This document shows, piece by piece, positions 1 to 7,476 of a stretch of 53,909 bases of DNA. Position numbers and translations under genes: made by a program. Source of the stretch: Candidatus Brocadiia bacterium. Lineage in GTDB: Bacteria > Planctomycetota > Brocadiia > SM23-32. Each line of letters begins with the position of its first letter. Position 1 is the first letter of the stretch. A model generated the notes under the pieces. The model was not told the DNA's origin and did not search any database. It saw only the letters and a list, made by a program, of their open reading frames with translations. The stretch covers positions 1 to 53,909 of the forward strand of contig JBKHIT010000032.1 of NCBI GenBank assembly GCA_046538485.1. Direction: 5' to 3'.

Positions 1-196
1 CCAGGTGGTGCTCACCTACAGCGAGAGCCTCTACACTCAGCAGCTCGACAGCATCGTGTCACGGATCCGCAGATTCCTGATCGCAAAGAAAAGCAATATT
101 TCTGTCCTTCGCAAAGCATTATCTGCAAAGAACTTCCTGAAAAAACCCCTGATCTGTCGTCAAAAAAGACTTGGCACTATACACATGAACAGCTAA
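1..196 (+). pseudogene. Possible transposase fragment (IS1634-like) running in from the window start
   Basis: The frame is open from the edge. QVVLTYSESLYTQQL recalls a segment of IS1634-type transposases (from memory). The ORF decays into AT-rich sequence after about 25 codons. Confidence 0.25.
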
Positions 197-328
197 TATC
201 GTCGCGCATCAACAATGACGGCCGGGCCAGTTAGGTCCGGAGGCACGCATTTTCGCCAGAAGACAGGAGCCTGAAAGGAGGCAGCTAACGCTACGGCGCC
301 CGGACGGCGCTGAAAATGTGTTTTCTAC

Positions 329-541
329 CCCGCATTTCTCACGAAGCTAAAAGCAGTATTATTCTAAACGACACGACAGACAAACGTTACACTGCATTGA
401 GTGGCTGATCTCAGCACACACGGTGTATTCTGAATCTGAAAACGCCGGTTCGCCCTTCGGGAACGGCGCCAGCACTGCATCTTCTTTGTCAGCCTGCACT
501 TGAAGTATGAAAATACTCCTGCGCTTGGATTCCGCGCAGCT
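329..541 (-). mobile_element. Decayed IS right end / transposase C-terminal tail (IS1380-like), copy A
   Basis: Starts CCCGCATTTCTCAC. 329-448 aligns gap-free with 53790-53909 (84/120 identical by hand), and about 410-541 aligns with 7290-7414. The minus frame ends ...VRNAG* inside the terminal repeat, with one internal stop. Confidence 0.7.
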
Positions 542-835
542 CTCCAGGTAGGCGTCCAGCCACATCCCGGGATTGTCTGAGCGTTGCCTCCATCGGCACA
601 GGGCCGATGGAGGGCGTACGACGCAGAGCGCGCACGTAGTGGCGAATCATTCATCCCCCGACGCAGGGTCGGGAGTGTGACCCCGAACCGGATATGTCCC
701 GCAGGATATGCGACCTCTCGCTCTCTTTGTTCTGAGATATTTCGTCAATTTGATGTCACCGCATTTTCCAACGGATCAGGAGTTCTGAGTCCGGACTGTA
801 AACAGTAACGGGCAGCAAAAATACTTTCTGCGATT

Positions 836-2728
836 TCACCGTCCGGCCCCGATGCCGGCATCGATCAGTTTCTTGATGGTCTTCCGGTTGGCATCCCGAC
901 GGACAAAATCCTTCAGGTTGGCGGCAACTGTGGGACCAATGCCATTCAACTTTGCGATGTCTCCCGTCTCCGCCTGAAGTAACTCATCGAGAGAACCAAA
1001 ATGGCGCGCCAACATGACCGCTCGGACTTCCCCGATTTCGGGTATCCCCAGACCGTAAATAACACGATGGAGCGGCGCACGGCGTGAGGCCTCTATGGCC
1101 CGCAGAAGCTTCGCCGACGATTTTTGTGCAAAGCCGCTCAACGGGAGAAAATCCTCCGTCCGCAGGCCGTAAATGTCGGCCACTGATTTCACCAAACCGG
1201 CTTTTACGAGCTGTTCGGCCGTTCGCCTGCCAAAACCTTCGATATCCATACAGTCCCGGGAGACGAAATGGGTCAGACGTTCTGTCAATTGAGCGTGGCA
1301 CTTCTCGCCTGTGCAGTAAAGGCCGCCGTACTGGCCCTGTGTGAGTTTTGCTCCGCACGACGGGCATGTGGTTGGTAGCCGGATCGGCTTTTCGGAACCA
1401 TCCCGCAGAGCCGAGACCGGCCCGACGATCTCAGGGATGACATCGCCGGCGCGCCGCACCATCACGGAATCGCCAATTTTCAGTCCTTTCTTCTCAATCA
1501 CCACCGGACTGTGCAAATTCGCGCGGGTGACTCGAACGCCACCGATCTCCACCGGCTCAAGCACCGCCACGGGCGTCAAAAGTCCCGTGCGGCCGACTTC
1601 AAACTCGATACCGCGGAGTTCTGTCGCCGCTTTTTGCGGCGGAAACTTGAACGCAAGCGCCCAGCGCGGACTCGTGCGTGTCCGACCAAGGCGGCGCTGG
1701 TAATCGAAACGGTTTATTTTGATCACGATTCCGTCCACGGCGAGTTTCAGCTGTTCTCGCCGCTCGGCAACACTGTCGCGGAACTTGATAGCGGCCTCGA
1801 TATCCTCGCACCGCCGGCGGAGCTTATGAACGGGCAGCCCCCAACGCACAAATTGCTCGAGCAGTTCCTCCTGCGTTGCACAACCGACTTGATCGGGATC
1901 AGCAAGCCCGTAGAAGTACGCCCCGAGCCTCCGCCGGGCCGTCACAGCCGGATCCTTCTGACGCAGCGACCCGGCCGCTGCGTTGCGGGGCGTTGTAAAC
2001 GGGCGCCGACCGGCAGCACGGCGTTTCCGGTTCAGGGCGCGGAAATCATCTTTAGACATGTAGACCTCGCCTCGGACCGTTAACCTCGGCGGTACAAACC
2101 CGTCGGATGAGAACGTCAGTTTCTCCGGGATATCATCGATGGTTTTCACATTGGCCGTTACATCTTCGCCCGCCTTACCATCACCCCGCGTTGAGGCCCG
2201 CACAAGTGTGCCTTTCTTGTAGGTCAGTTCGACCGCGAGCCCGTCGTATTTCAGCTCGGCCAGATATTCAATCTCCTTCACTCCCAGGGCCTCCCGGCAT
2301 CCCGCGTCAAAGGCTTTCACATCGGATTGCCCGGTCGTGGACTCCAGGCTCAGCATCGGTGTCGGGTGTTTGACCTCCGGTAGCCCGGAAGCGGGTGTTG
2401 CTCCGACGGTCCGCGTGGGGGAATCCTCGGCCCGCAAATCGGGAAACGCTTTTTCTATCGCCGCAAGTCTCTGTTTGAGCGCATCGTATTGCTCGTCCGA
2501 AATCTCCGGCTCGTTAAGAACATAGTAACGGTAGTCGTGGTACCGTATTTCCTCCCGTAGCTGCTGCGCGATTTTTTCGGCCTTCTCTTCCGATAGTTCC
2601 TCTACGGGATCGGCCCCGATACCGGGCTGAACCGGCACGAGAATAGCGAAAACGAAAAGAGCTACGAAGGACTTCCGGGTTCCGGCAGTGAGACCCTTCC
2701 ACAGAACGCACATGTTGACATGAATCAT
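836..2728 (-). CDS. ligA: NAD-dependent DNA ligase (LigA-like) with predicted N-terminal signal peptide, lacking BRCT
   Basis: HDYRYY...EYD domain Ia, adenylation motif ELKYDG, TRGDG, RGEVYM, PRNAAAGSLRQ, DGIVIK, AFKFP, VGRTG, RRAGDVIP, C4 Zn finger CPSC...CTGEKC and HhH repeats. The protein ends right after the HhH region. Confidence 0.93.
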   Translation of the reverse strand: MIHVNMCVLWKGLTAGTRKSFVALFVFAILVPVQPGIGADPVEELSEEKAEKIAQQLREEIRYHDYRYYVLNEPEISDEQYDALKQRLAAIEKAFPDLRAEDSPTRTVGATPASGLPEVKHPTPMLSLESTTGQSDVKAFDAGCREALGVKEIEYLAELKYDGLAVELTYKKGTLVRASTRGDGKAGEDVTANVKTIDDIPEKLTFSSDGFVPPRLTVRGEVYMSKDDFRALNRKRRAAGRRPFTTPRNAAAGSLRQKDPAVTARRRLGAYFYGLADPDQVGCATQEELLEQFVRWGLPVHKLRRRCEDIEAAIKFRDSVAERREQLKLAVDGIVIKINRFDYQRRLGRTRTSPRWALAFKFPPQKAATELRGIEFEVGRTGLLTPVAVLEPVEIGGVRVTRANLHSPVVIEKKGLKIGDSVMVRRAGDVIPEIVGPVSALRDGSEKPIRLPTTCPSCGAKLTQGQYGGLYCTGEKCHAQLTERLTHFVSRDCMDIEGFGRRTAEQLVKAGLVKSVADIYGLRTEDFLPLSGFAQKSSAKLLRAIEASRRAPLHRVIYGLGIPEIGEVRAVMLARHFGSLDELLQAETGDIAKLNGIGPTVAANLKDFVRRDANRKTIKKLIDAGIGAGR

Positions 2729-2781
2729 GATCTAATCCCCATTTGGGCTGACTGTACTGGAAACTGTTAAAACGAAACGGC

Positions 2782-3093
2782 TCACTCTTTCGAGAACTTC
2801 ACCTGCCATTCGACGTTTTCCGAGTTGTCCGACCGGAGCATCAATTTGGTGACGGCCTGTCTGGAACGCAGGTCGGGCTCGACAGGCTCGAACCCCTCCG
2901 GCATGTGGATCCGCACCTCGCAGGGGTCGCCCCCCACTACTTCCCATTCTCTGCGCAAAGTGTATTCGTCCGCCTCCCACCGCACGTTGTGGGTGAAAAT
3001 CGCTCCCTGGGTCAGGTGACGACTTGTGCCGACAAATCGGGGGCGATCTTTCTGCTCCCAGTAACTCACGACGCGGCAGGAGGTCGGCGGCAC
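2782..3093 (-). pseudogene. C-terminal remnant of a glycoside hydrolase-like (alpha-galactosidase-type) gene
   Basis: VPPTSCRV...GTSRHLTQGA...W...VVGGDP.E.RI..P resembles the C-terminal beta domain of such enzymes (recalled motif). The upstream frame is closed by a stop at 3166-3168. Confidence 0.4.
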
Positions 3094-3295
3094 TTTGACA
3101 CAGACTCGCCCGTGGGGTTTTCCCGGATTCGCAGGTCGAAATGCCTGACCCTCGCCCGGCGAAGCTCAATATCCTATCATTCCTTATCGTTCTTGCCAAC
3201 CCACAACGCAAATTCCTCGGTTGTCAAATTCTTCTGGAACCGCTATATTTGCTCATTAATCGCATGAAATAAATTCTTTTCGCGAGAGGAGTCAC

Positions 3296-4117
3296 GTGCT
3301 TATGAAATTGGCGATGAACCCGGCAACAACCATGCCAGCTTCTTTTGAGGAAGACGTCATCGCCTATGCGGGGGCCGGATTTGATGCTATGGAAATCTGG
3401 CTCAGCAAAATCGACGACTATATGAAAGACGGCAAAGATCTTAAAGACGCCAGCCAGCTCATGAATGACAACAATATGGCGGCGGCTGGAGCCTGTTTTT
3501 CCGGTCTGACGTTTTCCGCCGACGAGACGGAAAAAGAAAGTTTTGACCAGTTTAAGACGCGACTGCAAATGTGCCAGGCTCTCGGCGCCGAAACTCTGGT
3601 GGTTATACCCACCGTCCCCGGTTCCCCCGTCACTCCCGACAAATACGATATCCTGGTGGAAGGCATGGCCCGCTGCTGCGACATCGCCGAGCCCTACGGT
3701 GTTTCCCTTGCCATTGAATTCATAAAAGGGGGAGGACTGATCGGGTCCGTGGCGACGGCGGCCGATATAGCCAACCGGACTCAACGCGACAATATCGGCG
3801 TTCTCTTTGACACTTTCCATTTCTATATGGGAATTTCGAAGGTCAGTGACATTCGCAATCTCTCCGGGGATGATATCCTGCTCATCCATTTCAACGACTG
3901 CCCCGATGTTTACCGCGAGATTGCCGAAGACGGGATGCGCATCCTTCCAGGCGAGGGGGCTATTCCGCTCCAAGAAATACTGGGCGCCGCACGGGACACA
4001 GGCTACAATGGTTTTGTGTCTCTCGAAATTTTCAATCAGGATATCTGGGATCTTGACGTAAAGGAGGCAGCGGAAATCAGTTACGAAAAAGCCTCGAGCT
4101 TCCTTGAAAATATTTAA
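3296..4117 (+). CDS. Sugar phosphate isomerase/epimerase (xylose-isomerase-like TIM barrel, IolI/IolE-like)
   Basis: AGFDAMEIW, LAIEF, FDTFHF, IHFND, RILPGEG and GFVSLEIFN metal-binding motifs. AGGAG RBS upstream; start is 3296 or 3302. Confidence 0.88.
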   Translation: MLMKLAMNPATTMPASFEEDVIAYAGAGFDAMEIWLSKIDDYMKDGKDLKDASQLMNDNNMAAAGACFSGLTFSADETEKESFDQFKTRLQMCQALGAETLVVIPTVPGSPVTPDKYDILVEGMARCCDIAEPYGVSLAIEFIKGGGLIGSVATAADIANRTQRDNIGVLFDTFHFYMGISKVSDIRNLSGDDILLIHFNDCPDVYREIAEDGMRILPGEGAIPLQEILGAARDTGYNGFVSLEIFNQDIWDLDVKEAAEISYEKASSFLENI

Positions 4118-4345
4118 ACACAGCGCATTGATCTTAAGTCCTGCCAGACCTGTGGCCTGCCTATCACGACCAACCCCGAGCGCGGCTTTTCTTCCCCCGC
4201 GGAATGGGGGAATGGGAGAGAATCATTGATGCGCGGCCAGAATTGACGGACGGTCCGTTTTTTCCGTCCTGCGGGGCAAGACGTTCGCGCAAAAGCCCGC
4301 CTGCCGGAACGCCGTCCCTGGTCATTCTCTTTACGGAAATCGGCT

Positions 4346-4380
4346 AAAGTGTTGCAATGAAAGCACTTTTCCAATAAACT
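4346..4380 (+). promoter_or_regulatory. Putative sigma70 promoter with overlapping inverted repeat
   Basis: TTGCAA(4352-4357)-17 bp-TAAACT(4375-4380). AAAGTGTT-N8-AGCACTTT imperfect palindrome overlaps the -35 box. Confidence 0.35.
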
Positions 4381-4484
4381 AAGAGTTTCCTTCAGTAAAA
4401 TCACCCACTTAAAGAAAGTCCAGAATATCCTTTTCTGGTCGCATCCCCGGCAAACTCCGGGTTCATGGCAAGGAGGTTACAGCC

Positions 4485-4724
4485 ATGCCAACTTACGAAT
4501 ACGTTTGCAAAGACTGCGGACACCGATTCGAGGAAATGCAAAGAATAACCGCGGACCCCCTCGAGGTCTGCCCGAAATGCAGTGGCCCCGTTGGCCGCGT
4601 GATCCACGGCGGAGCCGCACTGGTTTTCAAGGGATCAGGCTTTTACGCAACCGACAGCCGCAAGAAAAACCCCAGCTCCTGCAGCGAGTGTGAGTCAGAA
4701 TCCTGCTCGGTTTCCGATGACTAA
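4485..4724 (+). CDS. FmdB-family zinc-ribbon protein
   Basis: MPTYEYVCKDCGH.FE...CPKC...FKGSGFYATD signature; AGGAGG RBS. Confidence 0.92.
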   Translation: MPTYEYVCKDCGHRFEEMQRITADPLEVCPKCSGPVGRVIHGGAALVFKGSGFYATDSRKKNPSSCSECESESCSVSDD

Positions 4725-5085
4725 CATACCTTCCATACAAGTTCGCCCCGTCGGTATCGTGCACCGCGAAAACGACCACCAGCGGGTGGAAGTGTATCCG
4801 GAATACGAAGAGGGGCTCCTCCGGATCGAGCAAGCCGAAAAACTTCAAATTCTCTACTGGATGCACGAACTTTCTGAGGGACAGCGGCGGATACTCTCGG
4901 CCCACCCCCGGGGAGACCGCACCCGTCTCGAACGCGGCGTCTTCGCACTGCGCAGCCCCATGCGCCCGAATCCCATCGGTTCAACCGTCGCCGACCTGAT
5001 CGAAGTCGATGGCCGCTCTCTGCGTCTGAAGGGGCTCGACGCTTTCGATGGCTCACCCGTAGTGGACATTAAAATCACTTCTTGA
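4717..5085 (+). CDS. tsaA: TrmO/TsaA-like (tRNA m6t6A37 methyltransferase family) protein
   Basis: VRPVGIV, ILYWMH, HPRGD, GVFALRSPMRPNPIG, GLDAFDGSPVVDIK. ATG at 4717 overlaps the end of the FmdB gene. Confidence 0.85.
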   Translation: MTNIPSIQVRPVGIVHRENDHQRVEVYPEYEEGLLRIEQAEKLQILYWMHELSEGQRRILSAHPRGDRTRLERGVFALRSPMRPNPIGSTVADLIEVDGRSLRLKGLDAFDGSPVVDIKITS

Positions 5086-5094
5086 GGCAAAACG

Positions 5095-6027
5095 ATGCCA
5101 GGCTACGTCTACGGCCCCGTTCCCTCCCGTCGACTCGGCGCCTCACTGGGAATCGACCTGGTGCCGAGGAAAACCTGTTCTCTGAACTGCGTTTATTGCC
5201 AGCTCGGCCCAACTCCGAAGACCACACTCGAACGGAAAATTTACGCCCCGGTCGACGACGTGGTCGCACAGGTGGACCGCAAAATCAAAGAGGGACCACA
5301 ACCGGATTACCTTACGCTCGGAGGCTCCGGAGAACCTACACTTCACTCCCGCTTCGGTGAGATTGCCGGCAGACTCCGGGAAAGATCCGATCTGCCCAAC
5401 TGCCTGCTGACAAATGGCACGCTTTTTTTTCTGCCCGAAGTCCGAAATGATTGCGACGCCATCGATCTCATCATACCGAGCCTTGACGCCGGAGACGAAA
5501 AGACCTTTCAACGCGTAAATCGGCCGGATCCGGACCTTTCCCTTGATGAAATTATCGAAGGCTTAACTGCTCTCCGGCGGGAATTCGACGGAACATTATG
5601 GCTCGAAGTATTCCTCGTCCCGGACCTGAACGACTCGGGGGCTGCTCTTGAAAATCTACGCGCTGCTGCCCGCCGTGTCGATCCCGATCTGATTCACCTC
5701 AACACTGCTGTGCGTCCCCCGGCTGAAGAATCCGTGCGGCCACTCGACCGAGCGGCCCTCGAGCGCATTCGAGATTTTTTCGGGGAAAAAACCGAAATTA
5801 TCGCGCGCCCGGAGGCGAGTGAAAACGAAGACTTCGGAGCCAGCTCTCGGGAAGAAGTCTACGAGATGCTCGAACGGCGTCCCTGCACACTTGACGATAT
5901 ATGCATGGGACTGAATATTCACCCGAATGAGGCCATAAAGCACATCCGCCGCCTCCAGGAAGACGGAAAAATCCGGCGCAACCGGAAGGGGGCGCTTACC
6001 TACTATCAACCAAGTGAAAAACGATGA
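5095..6027 (+). CDS. Radical SAM protein (COG0731-like) with C-terminal HTH-like region
   Basis: YVYGPVPSRRLGASLGIDL, CSLNCVYC, GSGEPTL, LLTNG, PSLDAG, NTAVRPPAE, RRPCT. Confidence 0.88.
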   Translation: MPGYVYGPVPSRRLGASLGIDLVPRKTCSLNCVYCQLGPTPKTTLERKIYAPVDDVVAQVDRKIKEGPQPDYLTLGGSGEPTLHSRFGEIAGRLRERSDLPNCLLTNGTLFFLPEVRNDCDAIDLIIPSLDAGDEKTFQRVNRPDPDLSLDEIIEGLTALRREFDGTLWLEVFLVPDLNDSGAALENLRAAARRVDPDLIHLNTAVRPPAEESVRPLDRAALERIRDFFGEKTEIIARPEASENEDFGASSREEVYEMLERRPCTLDDICMGLNIHPNEAIKHIRRLQEDGKIRRNRKGALTYYQPSEKR

Positions 6028-7229
6028 GTCAAACAAATCAAAACAAGCGCATAGCCCATTTCGACTGTCTCAGCGGTGTCAGTGGCGACATGTTGCTCGG
6101 GGCTCTTGTGGACGCAGGGGTGCCACTGGAAGCTTTGAAAGAAGCTCTTGCAGGCCTTCCCCTAGAAGGATACCAACTTGAGGCAGAAAAAGTCTCCCGC
6201 ACGCATCTGGCCGCCACGAAAGTCACCGTACGACTGGAGACCCAGCGCAAGCACCCTCACCGGGGCCTGTCCAAAGTGCTTGAAATCGTTCAGGGCGGCA
6301 ACCTCTCCTCGGAAGTCGTCGAGGACACCTCGCATATCTTCCGCCGGCTCGCCCAAGCCGAGGCGAAAGTGCATGATAGCACACAGGATAAAGTCCATTT
6401 CCACGAAGTCGGAGCTGTCGACGCGATATGTGACATCACAGGTAGCGTATTTGGTCTTCACTATTTAGACATAGAGACGATAACGTTCGGCACGATATCT
6501 CTCGGTGGGGGATCGGTGGAAGCTGCGCATGGCACATTGCCTGTTCCCGCACCTGCTGTCGTGGAATTGCTCCAGGGTATTCCCACAACCGGCGGCCCTG
6601 TGAACGAAGAATTGACTACGCCGACCGGCGCGGCCGTTCTCTCCACGCTCGGGTCTCATTCGCCGAACTGGCCTCTGATGAAAATCGACACCGTAGGAAA
6701 CGGCGCGGGATCGCGGGATTTCGATACTCTCCCCAACATACTGCGCATCGCTGTCGCAAAATCAGAGGCGGGAATGAATGAAGAAAGCGACCGGGTCTGG
6801 ATCGTTGACGTCAACATCGACGATATGACCGGTGAAGAAATCGGGTTCTGCACCGAAGAACTCCTCTCCTCTGGCGCCCTGGATATCTTCTGCACCCCGA
6901 TCCAGATGAAAAAAAACCGTCCGGGTATACGCCTCTCGGCAATTTGCTCGATGGAGGATCTCGAAAGAATTGAAGAGGTGCTGTGGCAGCAGACGACGAC
7001 GCTGGGCATCCGACGCCAGGTGGTCATCCGTTCGAAACTCAAAAGAGAAATCCGGCCGGTTGAAACTCAATGGGGGAAGGTGCAGGTCAAGCTCGCACTT
7101 TCAGACGAAGCGATCGTTCGTCAGGAACCGGAGTATGAAGACTGTGCGCGGCTCGCCCGCGAAAACAATCTGCCCCTTCGCCGCATTTACCGCGCGGCAC
7201 GCGAGGCCGCGCAAAAGCTCGAAACCTGA
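6024..7229 (+). CDS. larC: Nickel pincer cofactor biosynthesis protein LarC (full length, unsplit)
   Basis: FDCLSGVSGDMLLGAL, HFHEVGAVD, HGTLPVPAPA, ELTTPTGAA, NIDDM, MKKNRPG, TTTLGIR, PEYEDC. ATGA overlap with the upstream gene. Confidence 0.93.
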   Translation: MSQTNQNKRIAHFDCLSGVSGDMLLGALVDAGVPLEALKEALAGLPLEGYQLEAEKVSRTHLAATKVTVRLETQRKHPHRGLSKVLEIVQGGNLSSEVVEDTSHIFRRLAQAEAKVHDSTQDKVHFHEVGAVDAICDITGSVFGLHYLDIETITFGTISLGGGSVEAAHGTLPVPAPAVVELLQGIPTTGGPVNEELTTPTGAAVLSTLGSHSPNWPLMKIDTVGNGAGSRDFDTLPNILRIAVAKSEAGMNEESDRVWIVDVNIDDMTGEEIGFCTEELLSSGALDIFCTPIQMKKNRPGIRLSAICSMEDLERIEEVLWQQTTTLGIRRQVVIRSKLKREIRPVETQWGKVQVKLALSDEAIVRQEPEYEDCARLARENNLPLRRIYRAAREAAQKLET

Positions 7230-7274
7230 GCACAACCGGCTCGCTCGTCAGCAGCCAGTTGTCAAGTGTTTTAA

Positions 7275-7444
7275 CCCGCATTTCTCATTAGCACGGGGTG
7301 TACTTCGGCTCAAAGAAAGGATTCACCCTCCGGGAGCGTCGCCAGCACCGTATCTGCTTTGTCAGGCTGTTCTTGAAGTGTAAGAACACTTCTGCCTTTG
7401 CCTTCCGCGCATCTACGGCACTGGCGACGCTTGAAATATCCGGG
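7275..7444. mobile_element. 170-bp MITE (IS1380-like), copy B
   Basis: Terminal inverted repeats CCCGCATTTCTCA / TGAAATATCCGGG (10/13), TTAA on both flanks (7271-7274, 7445-7448), interior homologous to about 410-541. Confidence 0.75.
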
Positions 7445-7476
7445 TTAACCGCCCCAAAAATACAAGCGCGAAGAAC

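Noticed and set aside
505..600. Minus-strand GGATGTGG...CCTGGAGAGCTGC...CCAAGCGCA resembled recalled IS110-family non-coding (bridge RNA) ends
   Set aside because: There is no IS110 recombinase nearby. The homologous copy at 7340-7414 lacks CCAAGCGCA and differs mostly synonymously, which favours a transposase-tail origin.
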